A stretch of DNA of 64,000 nt from positions 17,777-81,776 of the forward strand of contig DAMCTP010000001.1 in the NCBI GenBank assembly GCA_032113595.1, given 5' to 3'. Under the pieces are notes generated by a model, which was not told the origin of the DNA, did not search any database, and saw only the letters and a program-made list of their open reading frames with translations. Below are positions 48,878 to 59,834 of this stretch, in pieces (positions within the stretch are counted from its first letter, which is position 1; each line of letters starts with the position of its first letter). Origin of the DNA: Pseudogracilibacillus sp. (lineage in GTDB: Bacteria; Bacillota; Bacilli; Bacillales; Amphibacillaceae). Both the position numbers and the translations under genes were made by a program.

Positions 48878-50101
48878 TTGAACACATTACAACCTACCAC
48901 CGAAAAGGATCGGCTACTACACATTGATGTCATCCGCGGCTTTGCAATCTTCGGAATTTTACTTGTCAATATGGCACATTTCAGTTATCCCGATTTATAT
49001 TTACTCCCCATTGGTGAACATAACTTTTTTACTGAAAATTGGAGTCAATGGGACCAATGGACCCGAACATTATTAGACATATTTATTGAAATGAAATTTA
49101 TTACGATGTTTTCCTTTTTATTCGGTTTTGGCATGTATTTATTGCTGGAACGTACTGAAGCAAAGGGATATAATTTCACTGCTTTGTATACTAGGAGATT
49201 ATTTGTGTTACTTATTTTTGGAACCATCCATGCTTTTTTAATTTGGGACGGCGATATTTTAACAGAATATGCCCTACTCGGTTTTGTTTTATTACTATTC
49301 CGAAAACACAAACCTAAAACCATTCTCATTTGGGCGATGATTTTTTATACGTTAATTGCCATTCCCTTCTTGTTAATATCGATTGTACCGGATGATATGG
49401 CAGTCGACATGTCGGAATATTCAAAGCAAATGAAGCTGGAAGGGGAACTAGAAGCAAAACAAGCTTTACAAACTTATAGTGAGGGTTCGTTTGTTGAAGT
49501 GATAAAACAAAATATTCATGATCGTGTATACTATATGAAAATGAATGGTATGGCATCTTTCAATCCTTTGTTATATTTTTATGTGAATATTCCTTTTTTC
49601 AGTATGTTTTTACTTGGGTTATATATAGCAAAAAAGCGATTTTTACATAACCTGTCACAACATAAAAAAACACTTCTGAAAATTTGGCTTGTTGGCCTTA
49701 TTATTGGTTTACCTACCAATATCATCTATGGCTTGAATGGTAATGAAGCAATGTTAATCATTGGCGCACCTTTTCTTATGATGTTTTACGTGATAACAAT
49801 CATTTACTTGATGCGCTGTTCATGGAATAAACGATTATTTACGGCTGTAGCTGCCGTTGGTCGAACCGCTTTCTCCAACTATATTTTACAATCAATCATG
49901 ATGACAACCATTTTTTATAGCTACGGATTTGGCCTTTATGGAAAGGTATATCCATTAGTAGGGTTAGCGATTGCTTCTGGATTTTTCATCTTACAATTAA
50001 TTATCAGTAGCCTTTGGCTTCGACATTTTGCATATGGTCCACTTGAATGGGTATGGCGAGCGGCTACTTATAAAGGAGTATCGACTTTTAAAAAGAAATA
50101 A
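48878..50101 (+). CDS. DUF418 (YeiB-like) membrane protein
   Basis: IDVIRGFAIFGILLVN, GDILTEYA and GPLEWVWR motifs. Confidence 0.9.
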   Translation: MNTLQPTTEKDRLLHIDVIRGFAIFGILLVNMAHFSYPDLYLLPIGEHNFFTENWSQWDQWTRTLLDIFIEMKFITMFSFLFGFGMYLLLERTEAKGYNFTALYTRRLFVLLIFGTIHAFLIWDGDILTEYALLGFVLLLFRKHKPKTILIWAMIFYTLIAIPFLLISIVPDDMAVDMSEYSKQMKLEGELEAKQALQTYSEGSFVEVIKQNIHDRVYYMKMNGMASFNPLLYFYVNIPFFSMFLLGLYIAKKRFLHNLSQHKKTLLKIWLVGLIIGLPTNIIYGLNGNEAMLIIGAPFLMMFYVITIIYLMRCSWNKRLFTAVAAVGRTAFSNYILQSIMMTTIFYSYGFGLYGKVYPLVGLAIASGFFILQLIISSLWLRHFAYGPLEWVWRAATYKGVSTFKKK

Positions 50102-50126
50102 TCAATGAAAGGGGCTATGTCTATCA

Positions 50127-50849
50127 ATGAGTAAACAATTTAAAGAGTTAATAGAGAAAGCAAACTACACGATTGTTTTCACTGGTGCTGGCATGTCAAC
50201 GGAGAGTGGTTTGCCTGACTTTCGTTCAAGGGATCGTGGTTTATGGGAGAAATTTAACCCTGACGAACTAGCTAATGTCAATGCTTTACACAATAATCGT
50301 GAGGAATTTTCAAACTTTTATCGCTATCGTTTAAGTGAAATTGATAAATATAATCCACATAAGGGCCATTACATTTTAAGTGAGTGGGAAGAAAAAGGAC
50401 TCATTAAAGGCATCATTACACAGAACGTCGACGGCTTTCATAGTGATGCCGGAAATAAAAATGTTCTACAATTGCATGGGTCATTCCGATCCTTGCATTG
50501 TCATAAATGTCAACGTCAATATGGCCGACAAACATATCTAGATGGAAAATATATATGTGAATGCGGAGGCACAGTCCGACCTGGTATTGTGTTATTCGGA
50601 GAAAGCCTTCCAGAGGAAACTTTCCGACAAGCTGAGGTAGAGGCGAATAAAGCAGACTTATTTATTGTCCTTGGGTCTTCGTTATCTGTTTCACCTGCCA
50701 ACATGTTTCCCTTAGTTGCCAAACAAAATGGGGCAAAGCTTGTGATTGTTAATCGTGAAACAACTGAATTAGACATGTACGCAGATTTTATATATCAAGA
50801 TTTGAGTATAAAGGATTTGCTAATATCTTTAAATAACCAACTAGAGTGA
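50127..50849 (+). CDS. NAD-dependent protein deacylase (sirtuin, CobB/SrtN-like)
   Basis: FTGAGMSTESGLPDFR, TQNVDG, LHGS, Zn Cys residues and GSSL. Confidence 0.93.
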   Translation: MSKQFKELIEKANYTIVFTGAGMSTESGLPDFRSRDRGLWEKFNPDELANVNALHNNREEFSNFYRYRLSEIDKYNPHKGHYILSEWEEKGLIKGIITQNVDGFHSDAGNKNVLQLHGSFRSLHCHKCQRQYGRQTYLDGKYICECGGTVRPGIVLFGESLPEETFRQAEVEANKADLFIVLGSSLSVSPANMFPLVAKQNGAKLVIVNRETTELDMYADFIYQDLSIKDLLISLNNQLE

Positions 50850-50910
50850 AATACTTTAATTCTAAAAAAGTCATTTTGTTTGAACGACCTTCTCGGCTGA
50901 TTTCCAATGT

Positions 50911-51066
50911 AGAAGGGCATGATTAAGTTATCATCCTTACCTTCTACATCAGTTTCGCACAGAGAAGGGCACGATTAAGACATAATCCTTACCTTCTACA
51001 TCAGTTTTATACAGAGAAGGACACAATTAAATCGTAATCATTACCCCCAACAGCAATTTCATACAA
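50911..51066. repeat. Tandem 52-bp palindromic repeat (3 units, third degenerate)
   Basis: Units start at 50911, 50963 and 51015 with pattern AGAAGGGCAyGATTAAG...ATCCTTACCTTCT-ACATCAGTTT...ACAG. Confidence 0.85.
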
Positions 51067-51079
51067 ATTTATTAAAAAT

Positions 51080-51109
51080 AATAGCCAAGTGAATATCCAC
51101 TTGGCTTTT
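51080..51109. terminator. Terminator between convergent genes
   Basis: AGCCAAGTG / CACTTGGCT plus TTT. Confidence 0.75.
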
Positions 51110-51786
51110 CATTCTACGTTTATATTTGGAGCATCTTTTATTTCTTCCATTACGGCATCTTCTATAACTCTAACTTGGTGGCTTTCTCCCCGACAAACAT
51201 ATTTAAAAATGCCGTTGTTAAAATCTGTTCCAATTTCTTTATAAAATACACCCTCAAACAAATTGGCTTTTGATTTTGTAAAAGTTAAGATAAATCCATC
51301 GGCTTCTTTTCGTAAATAGCCCCTAATACCTTTTTCATATACTGCTTCATCTGTTACCTTCAAGGCCCTATCAACAGATACGATATGAATGTCGACAAAA
51401 ACTAGTTCCTTTAATAATACATTAATGAAAGAACCTTTCGTTATTTCTTCCCATCGGTTTTGTGGTGTTTCCCCAACAATCACTTGGGTAATATTATTTT
51501 TATACGCTACTTCCTTAATAACCTTTGCAATTGGTCGGGTTTCGTTATCTTTTAAAATAAACTTCTCTGCCCCAAGCTTTTCAGATAACTCTTGCCATTG
51601 TTCTACGTAAGTCGATTTTTCAGCATCGAATTCATCTGATGAAAGACGGTCAACATTAAGTACATAAAATGGACAATTAATTAATTTTGATAGCGTATGC
51701 CCCCGCCTGATAAGGCGTTCTCCATTAGGACCATAGTATACACACACTAAAATGCGCTCATCCATATGGCTTTTAACATCCACCAC
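51109..51786 (-). CDS. Stand-alone KdpD-type universal stress (USP) domain protein with C-terminal extension
   Basis: ERILVCV...ERLIRRG...ITQVIVGE...GSFINVLLK...VDIHIV matches the KdpD USP fold; no kinase or TM region. Confidence 0.75.
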   Translation of the reverse strand: MVDVKSHMDERILVCVYYGPNGERLIRRGHTLSKLINCPFYVLNVDRLSSDEFDAEKSTYVEQWQELSEKLGAEKFILKDNETRPIAKVIKEVAYKNNITQVIVGETPQNRWEEITKGSFINVLLKELVFVDIHIVSVDRALKVTDEAVYEKGIRGYLRKEADGFILTFTKSKANLFEGVFYKEIGTDFNNGIFKYVCRGESHQVRVIEDAVMEEIKDAPNINVE

Positions 51787-52042
51787 AAAAGGTCACCTCT
51801 TTTTATTACTTCACCATTGCAACAATTTTTTGTTCGTTACTATATTAAAAACTTATTATACTCTATTTCATCGATAATATCTATCGTTTACAGTGACCAA
51901 TTTTGTATATTCTTTTCAAAAACACCATTTGTTAATTATTTTGATTTCGTGCGGTCTCAATTGTTTTAGTATATAATAAAGAAAGCCTATTAATAGTAAA
52001 TATTAAAATTTATCGTTGAATTTTCTATAAGGGGGAATCAAG

Positions 52043-54445
52043 TTGCTAACGATTATTTCAGCAATTCTCCTTCCATTTCTAGCCGCATTGATTATTATTA
52101 TATTTATAAATAAATTTACCCGTTCGTTCATTCATTGGTTTGTGTTTATCGTACCAACCATTTTGTTTTGTCTTTTATTAAGTAAAATCCCTTTAATATT
52201 GCGTGGTACCTCTATCATTTACGACATTCCTTGGATTCCTTCCTATAACATTAACTTTTTAACGACGATTGATGGTCTAAGTTTAATTTTTGGATTATTA
52301 ATTACAGGAATTGGCTCTTTAGTTGTCCTATATTCAATGTATTATTTATCAACAGAACCTTCAATTAATCGTTTCTATATTTATTTACTTTTCTTTATGG
52401 GAAGTATGCTCGGTGTTGTTTTTTCTGATCATTTAATGTCCCTCTATTTATTTTGGGAATTAACGAGCATCTCATCCTTTTTGCTTATTGCATTTTGGTA
52501 TCGGAGAAAAGGCTCCCGTTACGGGGCTAAAAAAGCCTTAATGATTACGATATTTGGCGGACTTGCGATGTTTGTCGCCTTTTTAATGCTCCATCATATA
52601 ACAGGAACGTTCAGTATAAAGGAAATAATGGCAACAATACACACCTATAAGCACCATCCACTTATTACACCAATTGTTTTACTCGTTTTATTAGGGGCAT
52701 TTACAAAATCTGCCCAATTCCCATTCCATATTTGGTTGCCGGGGGCAATGGAAGCCCCGACACCAGTTAGTGCCTATCTACACTCTGCCACAATGGTTAA
52801 AGCTGGCATCTATATTGTCGCGCGATTTACTCCTATATTAGGTAGTAATGAAATATGGTTTTGGCTCGTCTGCGGTGTTGGGATATTCACCTTGTTTTGG
52901 GCCGCTTTAACTGCCATAAGACAAACTGACCTTAAGGCTTTACTTGCTTATTCTACAGTTTCCCAGTTAGGGCTCATTATGAGTTTGTTTGGTGTTGGAT
53001 CATTAGCCTTTCATCCGCATATAAGTGTTGAAACAACTTTATTTACCCAGGCAAGTTTAGCGGCCTTATTTCATTTAATTAATCATTCTACATTTAAAGG
53101 GACACTTTTTATGGTCATCGGTATTATTGATTATCGCGTCGGTACAAGGGATTTACGTCGTTTAGGTGGATTAATTTCTATCATGCCAATTTCATTTACC
53201 ATCGCTTTAATTGGCAGTTTCTCAATGGCTGGATTACCCCCTTTCAACGGCTTTTTGAGTAAGGAAATGTTTTTTACCGCCATGTTACAATTAAGTTCAG
53301 TAGATTTTTTATCGATTCAATCAATTGTTAATATCTTCCCAGTTATTGCATGGATAGCGAGTATTTTTACATTTATTTATAGCATGATGATTGTTTTTCA
53401 TACCTTTTTCGGACCGAAAATAAAACGTACAGCTGTTCAATTACAAGAAGCATCTTTCGGAATGTTAATTGCCCCCATTATTTTATCAATATTCGTTATT
53501 GGGATTTTCTTTTTCCCAAACATCATCAATCACTATTTATTGCAACCTGCTTTAACAACAATTTATCCGGATATTGCTTTAAGTCAAGTGAGTCAAATTG
53601 AATTATGGCATGGATTTAATACAGAAATGATGATGACGATCACCCTTATTATTGTTGGAATTATTTTGTTTATTTGGCGGGATTATTTTCTTAAAGTTTT
53701 TATCCTGTTCCCAGAAAGCCTATCTTTTGATAGTCTCTATAGTAATGTTTTAAGTTTAAATGATCGGTTATCAAAAATTATTACTAATTTTTATATGACC
53801 GGCTTTTTGAGGCACTATATGAGTTATATTTTCCTCTTTTTTGTCTTAATTTTAGGGGGTTCACTTTTTTATTTAAATGGTTTTTCCTTTTCAATACATC
53901 ATGATGAGCCGATGACGATTTTTTTATGGATCATGACAGGTTCCATTGTTATCGCTGGTATAGCCATGTTGCTTTCAACATCCCGTATCATTGTTATTAT
54001 TATTAATGGCTATATTGGTTTTGCCATTGCTTTATTGTTCGTTCTCTTCAGAGCCCCTGATTTAGCATTAACCCAACTAGTCGTTGAAACAATTACAACT
54101 GCATTATTTTTACTGGCATTTTATTTCTTACCTAAATGGAATTTAGAATCTTTCAGTTTCCGTCGTTCATCGTTTAGAATGTTGTTATCTATTTCGGTCG
54201 GTCTAGTTTTTACGTTAATTGCTTTGTCTGTTAAATCTGGAATGCTATTCGATTCGATTTCATCGTACTATGATCAGTCAGAAAAATTAGCTGGAGCAAC
54301 GAATATTGTAAATACGATACTTGGTGATTTTCGTGCGTTCGATACGATGCTCGAAGTGATTGTATTGTTTATTGCAGGAATTGGTGTATACACCCTTATC
54401 AAACTAAAATCTGGTAAGGAGGCAAACAATATTGAAAATAAATGA
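52043..54445 (+). CDS. mrpA: Mrp Na+/H+ antiporter subunit A
   Basis: FWELTS, TKSAQFPFHIWLP, HSATMVKAG, APDLALTQ and DFRAFDT. Confidence 0.95.
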   Translation: MLTIISAILLPFLAALIIIIFINKFTRSFIHWFVFIVPTILFCLLLSKIPLILRGTSIIYDIPWIPSYNINFLTTIDGLSLIFGLLITGIGSLVVLYSMYYLSTEPSINRFYIYLLFFMGSMLGVVFSDHLMSLYLFWELTSISSFLLIAFWYRRKGSRYGAKKALMITIFGGLAMFVAFLMLHHITGTFSIKEIMATIHTYKHHPLITPIVLLVLLGAFTKSAQFPFHIWLPGAMEAPTPVSAYLHSATMVKAGIYIVARFTPILGSNEIWFWLVCGVGIFTLFWAALTAIRQTDLKALLAYSTVSQLGLIMSLFGVGSLAFHPHISVETTLFTQASLAALFHLINHSTFKGTLFMVIGIIDYRVGTRDLRRLGGLISIMPISFTIALIGSFSMAGLPPFNGFLSKEMFFTAMLQLSSVDFLSIQSIVNIFPVIAWIASIFTFIYSMMIVFHTFFGPKIKRTAVQLQEASFGMLIAPIILSIFVIGIFFFPNIINHYLLQPALTTIYPDIALSQVSQIELWHGFNTEMMMTITLIIVGIILFIWRDYFLKVFILFPESLSFDSLYSNVLSLNDRLSKIITNFYMTGFLRHYMSYIFLFFVLILGGSLFYLNGFSFSIHHDEPMTIFLWIMTGSIVIAGIAMLLSTSRIIVIIINGYIGFAIALLFVLFRAPDLALTQLVVETITTALFLLAFYFLPKWNLESFSFRRSSFRMLLSISVGLVFTLIALSVKSGMLFDSISSYYDQSEKLAGATNIVNTILGDFRAFDTMLEVIVLFIAGIGVYTLIKLKSGKEANNIENK

Positions 54446-54857
54446 AGTGATTTTGCAGTCTGTATCCAGAGTGGTTGTGTTTATCATTTTAACGTTAGCT
54501 TTATATTTATTTTTTTCTGGTCATCATGCCCCTGGTGGTGGATTTGTTGCTGGTCTCGTTTTAGCTTCTGCCTTCATATTAATATTGCTAGCGTATGATG
54601 TTGAAACTTTAAAATCGGGAATACCTCTTAATTTTAAACTCGTTGCCGCCACTGGTGCCTTAATTGTCCTTATTAGTGGTATTTTATCAGTTATATTTGG
54701 TCATTCCTTTTTATATCAATCCTTCTTCCAAATAGATTTATTATTATTAGGTAAAATCACCATTTCTTCTGTTACTTTTTTTGAGCTAGGTGTTGCTTTA
54801 ACTGTTTTAGGAGTGGTGATTACGGTAATTCTTAGTATTAGTGAGGACGTGTCTTAA
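54432..54857 (+). CDS. mrpB: Mrp subunit B
   Basis: GHHAPGGGFVAGL and FELGV; operon position. Confidence 0.93.
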   Translation: MKINEVILQSVSRVVVFIILTLALYLFFSGHHAPGGGFVAGLVLASAFILILLAYDVETLKSGIPLNFKLVAATGALIVLISGILSVIFGHSFLYQSFFQIDLLLLGKITISSVTFFELGVALTVLGVVITVILSISEDVS

Positions 54858-54858
54858 T

Positions 54859-55197
54859 ATGGAAACGGTAATCATTATCGTTGCTGGTGTACTTGTAACA
54901 ATTGCAGTCTATTTTTTACTTTCAAGTAATGTGGTACAGGTCATTATCGGTACCGCTGTATTAACTCATGCAGTTCACCTTCTTTTAATGGCGATGGGTG
55001 GATTTGGTGGCAATGAAGTACCTATTACAACTGAACAAACATCATCCTATGTTGACCCATTACCACAGGCGCTTATTTTAACCTCCATTGTAATCAACTT
55101 TGCTGTTTCTGCGTTCTTCCTTGTATTAAGCTTTCAAGCATATAAACTATTACATACAGATAATTTAAGTCATATGAGGAGGTACTTCTATGAATAA
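54859..55197 (+). CDS. mrpC: Mrp subunit C
   Basis: VDPLPQALILTSIVI. Start moved to ATG 54859. Confidence 0.93.
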   Translation: METVIIIVAGVLVTIAVYFLLSSNVVQVIIGTAVLTHAVHLLLMAMGGFGGNEVPITTEQTSSYVDPLPQALILTSIVINFAVSAFFLVLSFQAYKLLHTDNLSHMRRYFYE

Positions 55198-56668
55198 TTT
55201 AATTGTGTTACCAATGGTACTTCCTTTATTATCAGCAATTATATTAGTGTTTTTCAGTTCACATATCATTTTACAACGTTGGATTACCTTTTTTATGCTT
55301 GCCATCAATAGTTTAATAAGTATTGTTATATTGTATTCCATTCAACATCAAGGCATTATTCGTTTAGATTTTGGTGATTGGTTACCACCTTTTGGGATTT
55401 CTTTTGTTGCTGATTCGTTTGCGATGATTTTAGTTTTAACAACTAATGTGGTAAGTTCAATTATTATTTTATATGCAATGTATACAATCGGTAAACAAAG
55501 GGAAAAATTTTACTTTTATTCATTCGTTTCTTTTTTAATTGCCGGGGTTAATGGATCTTTTTTAACTGGTGATTTATTTAATTTGTTTGTAACGTTCGAA
55601 GTCATGTTATTAGCCTCCTATGTTTTAATTATATTAGGTGGTAATAAATCTCAATGGAAGGAATCAATTAAGTATGTCGCAATTAATGTTGTTTCATCTT
55701 CATTATTCTTAATTGCAATAGGCTATTTATATGGCGTTCTTGGCACGTTAAATATGGCCCATCTTTCAGTCCGTATTGCGGAAGTAGGACAGTCATCAAT
55801 GTTAACCGTCATTAGTTTACTATTTTTAATTGTCTTTTCAATTAAAAGTGGCCTGTTACTATTTCAATGGTTGCCAGGTTCCTATAGTACCCCCCCAACT
55901 GCGATTGCTGCCCTTTTTGGTGCTTTGATGACCAAGGTAGGGATTTACGCACTTTTCCGTATTTTTACCTTATTATTTTATCATGAACAACAAATAACTC
56001 ATTTAATGATTGGTCTTATGGCGGTTTTAACAATAATCACCGGTTCAATTGGGGCTACTGCCTATACTAATATCCGACAAATTATTTCATATAATGTCAT
56101 TATTTCAGTTGGATTTATATTAATTGCATTAGCCATTATGTCACCAACTGCGATTGAAGGAGCGATTTATTATTTAATTCACGACATGATCGGAAAATCT
56201 CTCTTGTTCATCCTCGGTGGAACAATTATCTATGTGGCAAAAACAGAAAAAATGGATGAGATGAGTGGTTTAATTAAAAACTATCCAATACTTGGTATCA
56301 TGTTTTTCATCACAACGTTATCACTCACTGGTATACCACCGTTAAGTGGTTTTATAGGGAAGTTATTAATTGGTCAAAGTGCGATTGAAACTGAAGCATA
56401 TTTATTGTTGGCCTTTAGTTTTCTTTCAAGCATTATCGTGCTCTATTCATTAGTACGTATTTTTATGAATTGTTTTTGGGGAGAAACGATTATTTCTAGA
56501 GAAGAGGAAATTCCTTTCAAAAAACAATTATTAATTCCGAATATATTTTTGGTAGGATTAACGATTGTTCTAGGTGTCGGGGCCGAATCGATAGCAATAT
56601 ATGTTCAAGATGCAGCAAATACTTTAATGAATCCTTCCATTTATATTAATGCCGTATTAAATGATTAA
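55190..56668 (+). CDS. mrpD: Mrp subunit D
   Basis: GDLFNLFVTFEVML, WLPGSY and GIPPLSGFIGK. Confidence 0.95.
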   Translation: MNNLIVLPMVLPLLSAIILVFFSSHIILQRWITFFMLAINSLISIVILYSIQHQGIIRLDFGDWLPPFGISFVADSFAMILVLTTNVVSSIIILYAMYTIGKQREKFYFYSFVSFLIAGVNGSFLTGDLFNLFVTFEVMLLASYVLIILGGNKSQWKESIKYVAINVVSSSLFLIAIGYLYGVLGTLNMAHLSVRIAEVGQSSMLTVISLLFLIVFSIKSGLLLFQWLPGSYSTPPTAIAALFGALMTKVGIYALFRIFTLLFYHEQQITHLMIGLMAVLTIITGSIGATAYTNIRQIISYNVIISVGFILIALAIMSPTAIEGAIYYLIHDMIGKSLLFILGGTIIYVAKTEKMDEMSGLIKNYPILGIMFFITTLSLTGIPPLSGFIGKLLIGQSAIETEAYLLLAFSFLSSIIVLYSLVRIFMNCFWGETIISREEEIPFKKQLLIPNIFLVGLTIVLGVGAESIAIYVQDAANTLMNPSIYINAVLND

Positions 56669-56689
56669 CATATAGAGGGGTGAGTAAAT

Positions 56690-57172
56690 ATGGCAGGACA
56701 ATTTTTATTAAACTTATTCATTATGTTTTTATGGGTATTATTAAAAGACGAAACGACTATCCGAATAGAGACGATGGTAATTGGTTTTTTGATTGGAGCA
56801 ATCATTGTCTTTTTAATGAGGAGATTTTATGGTGGAACATTTTATTTATATCGTGTGATAAAGTTAGTCCAATTAATTTTAATCTTTATTTCTGAAATTA
56901 TCCAATCGAGCATCGTTGTCATTAAGCATATTTTAACGCCAAAAATTAATATCAAACCTGGCATCTTTACTTACAAAACAATTTTGCACAGTAATTGGGA
57001 GGTCACAACATTAGCGTTACTTTTAACACTTACTCCTGGCTCTGTCGTGATGGAAGTAAATGAAGAAGGGAATATGTTTTATATTCACGCAATGGACATT
57101 GAGAGATATAAAGTAAATTTAGAAAATTCCTTAAAAAGGTTCGAGCATGCAATTATGGAGGTAACTCGATAA
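56690..57172 (+). CDS. mrpE: Mrp subunit E
   Basis: LTLTPGS and IHAMD motifs. Confidence 0.92.
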   Translation: MAGQFLLNLFIMFLWVLLKDETTIRIETMVIGFLIGAIIVFLMRRFYGGTFYLYRVIKLVQLILIFISEIIQSSIVVIKHILTPKINIKPGIFTYKTILHSNWEVTTLALLLTLTPGSVVMEVNEEGNMFYIHAMDIERYKVNLENSLKRFEHAIMEVTR

Positions 57173-57456
57173 TGATCACAACCTTATTGACTATTTCTTT
57201 AATATTGTTTGGTGCTGCAATAGCAATTACTTTTTTGCGTATTATTATTGGGCCAACGATACCTGATCGTGTCATTGCAATGGACGTAATTGGGGTTAAT
57301 TTAATATCCTCCATAGCCATCATTGCGATATTATTTCAAACGAGAACATTTTATGACGTCATTCTCGTGCTTGGCATTCTTGCATTTATAAGTACAATCT
57401 CCTTTTCAAAGTTCATTGAGAGGGGGACAATTATTGAACACCGTCGAGATTTTTAA
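57172..57456 (+). CDS. mrpF: Mrp subunit F
   Basis: RIIIGPTIPDRVIAMD motif. Confidence 0.93.
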   Translation: MITTLLTISLILFGAAIAITFLRIIIGPTIPDRVIAMDVIGVNLISSIAIIAILFQTRTFYDVILVLGILAFISTISFSKFIERGTIIEHRRDF

Positions 57457-57805
57457 ATATGTTGGTGTCATATTAATTTTTTTGAGCTCTATCATTAGTG
57501 TCATCAGTGCTATAGGGATAATAAGATTTAAGGACATTTATTCCCGTGCCCATGCAGCAACGAAAACGACCACCCTTGCCGTATTAATTTCGCTTGTAGG
57601 TGTATTTATATATGTTGCTGTTGATGAAAGTTATTTTAGTGTACGGTTAATTTTAGGAATTATTTTTGTTTTTATTACTGCTCCCGTTTCTGGCCATATT
57701 GTGCTTCGTTCAGCATATCGGGCAAAGGTAAAATTGACAGATGAAACAGCGGAGGACGAATTATATCCTGTTTTGTTTGGAAATAGCCAAGAAAAAAAAG
57801 AGTAA
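57434..57805 (+). CDS. mrpG: Mrp subunit G
   Basis: DIYSRAHAATK and TAPVSGH. Start moved to TTG 57434. Confidence 0.92.
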   Translation: MNTVEIFKYVGVILIFLSSIISVISAIGIIRFKDIYSRAHAATKTTTLAVLISLVGVFIYVAVDESYFSVRLILGIIFVFITAPVSGHIVLRSAYRAKVKLTDETAEDELYPVLFGNSQEKKE

Positions 57806-57843
57806 ATTGATCATCGTGATTGCGACAGTCAACTACTCTTTTT
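57792..57843. terminator. Bidirectional terminator between mrpG and rlmN
   Basis: AAAAAGAGTA...TTGA / TCAA...TACTCTTTTT. Confidence 0.7.
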
Positions 57844-57854
57844 ATTCATCATGG

Positions 57855-58919
57855 CTAACCTACATTTTTACGATTCATCTGCTTACTTCTTAACTGCCCA
57901 CAAGCTGCATCGATATCTGCACCCTGTTCTAACCGAACCCCACAATGTATATGATGACGTTTTAGCGTTTGAAAGAAGGCTTGAATATTCTCATCTGAGC
58001 TACGTTCATATTGAATATGTTCACTGACTGGGTTGTATGGAATTAAATTAACATAGGATAAATGCTTTTTATCCGCCAAAAGTTTTGCTAACTGTTCCGC
58101 ATGTTCTACTTGGTCATTCACGCCATGAATTAAAATATATTCAAATGTTAAACGCCGATTGCGTTTTCCCAAATAGTAATCTATAGCCTTCATTAATTTT
58201 TCAATCGGAAACGCCCGATTTATTTTCATGATGCTCGTCCTCAATTCATCATTAGGTGCATGTAAGGAAATAGCTAAGTTTACCTGGATGTCCAAATCTG
58301 TAAAGTCATAAATTTTATGGGCTAGTCCACTTGTTGATACTGTGATGTGTCGCGCCCCAATTGCCAACCCTTTATCGTCATTCACTATGTATAAAAAGTT
58401 TTTTACATTTTCAAAATTATCTAATGGTTCACCAATGCCCATTACGACAATCCTACTTACCCTTTCTTCTTTTCCCCTACCGTCTAAAAACATTTGTGCT
58501 TTCACAATTTGTTCGACTATTTCTCCACCCGTTAAATCACGGCTTTTTGATAATATTCCACTAGCACAAAAAGAGCATCCAATATTACACCCTACCTGGG
58601 TTGTCACACATATAGACATTCCATATGGGAAGCTCATTAATACTGTTTCAATTAAATTTCCGTCAGATAATTTAAATAAAAACTTAATCGTACCATCTTG
58701 CGATTCTTGTCTTAATTCTTCCTCCATCGAATGAAAGGTGAAGTGTTCATTAAGCAAATCTATACAACTTTTATTGACGTTTTTCATTTTCGAAAAACTA
58801 TTAACTCGTTTTCGATACAACCAGTCCCAAATTTGTTCTGCTCGAAATGGCTTTTCATTATTTTCAACGACCCATTGTGATAGTTGATTGTATGTTACAT
58901 TATAAATTGATTGTTTCAT
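57855..58919 (-). CDS. rlmN: Radical SAM rRNA/tRNA methyltransferase RlmN
   Basis: [22 protein letters not shown] and DIDAACGQL. Confidence 0.93.
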   Translation of the reverse strand: MKQSIYNVTYNQLSQWVVENNEKPFRAEQIWDWLYRKRVNSFSKMKNVNKSCIDLLNEHFTFHSMEEELRQESQDGTIKFLFKLSDGNLIETVLMSFPYGMSICVTTQVGCNIGCSFCASGILSKSRDLTGGEIVEQIVKAQMFLDGRGKEERVSRIVVMGIGEPLDNFENVKNFLYIVNDDKGLAIGARHITVSTSGLAHKIYDFTDLDIQVNLAISLHAPNDELRTSIMKINRAFPIEKLMKAIDYYLGKRNRRLTFEYILIHGVNDQVEHAEQLAKLLADKKHLSYVNLIPYNPVSEHIQYERSSDENIQAFFQTLKRHHIHCGVRLEQGADIDAACGQLRSKQMNRKNVG

Positions 58920-59003
58920 ATAAAATAACTCCTATAATAACAACTTAAATTTACAACTAAACTATCATACCATAGATGACACATGTTAAGATAGAAAAAC
59001 AAA

Positions 59004-59834
59004 TTAATTTGTAGCCAAATTGTCCTCGCTAATTTTTAAATTAGGTTGGATCAGTACTTCAACGCGTCGATTAACTGCTCTATTTTCTGGGCTATCATTT
59101 GGTACGAGTGGCCGATATTCTCCAAACCCTCTCGCACTAAACCATTTAGGCTCTAATTCTGAATCTTCCAATAATAAATACATAAATTGTACAGCCCTCA
59201 TCGTACTTAGCTCCCAATTAGATGCAAATTCTTCATTTCTCATCGGTATGTCATCAGCATGTCCACTTACTACTATTTCCTTTGGTGGATCCATGTTTAA
59301 AAAGTCAGCTATTTTAATAGCAATTTCTTTTCCTTCTTCCCTTACATTAGCCTTCCCTGAATCAAATGTTATATCTGTTCGCATAATAATTAATAAACCT
59401 TCTCCAGTTAATTTAGTATCTAACACTTCCGTCAAACTGTTTAGTGCTATATATTCTTCCAGCTCTGCTTGAATAGAACGTAATTCATCATATTCTTCCT
59501 TCCTTAACCTTTCAAGCTCATCCTCTAGAGAATTTTCCCCAGTTTCTTCCCCATTCTCATCCTTAGCATCATCTTCCTCAACAATTTCTTTTTCAAAATC
59601 TATCGGCTCATCTTCCGGAACAATGCTAATCCCTTGATCAATCATCCCGGCACCACTTGTAAATTCTGATTGGAAGATAAACGACAATTGTTCAAACTTT
59701 TTTATATCAATTTCACTCATTGCAAATAACACAATAAACAATGCTAGTAGTAACGTTAACATGTCTGCATATGGTAAAAGCCAACTATCATCTATTTTTT
59801 CATCATTATCCTTTTTAGTCCGCCTCTTCCACAA
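59004..59834 (-). CDS. motB: Flagellar stator protein MotB
   Basis: WLLPYADMLTLLLALFIVLF TM segment; OmpA-like GHADD, NWELSTMRA and NRRVE. Confidence 0.92.
   Translation of the reverse strand: MWKRRTKKDNDEKIDDSWLLPYADMLTLLLALFIVLFAMSEIDIKKFEQLSFIFQSEFTSGAGMIDQGISIVPEDEPIDFEKEIVEEDDAKDENGEETGENSLEDELERLRKEEYDELRSIQAELEEYIALNSLTEVLDTKLTGEGLLIIMRTDITFDSGKANVREEGKEIAIKIADFLNMDPPKEIVVSGHADDIPMRNEEFASNWELSTMRAVQFMYLLLEDSELEPKWFSARGFGEYRPLVPNDSPENRAVNRRVEVLIQPNLKISEDNLATN

Noticed and set aside
50911..51066. Possible mini CRISPR array
   Set aside because: Linkers are only 17 bp and similar to each other, so there are no unique spacers. No cas genes are in the window.
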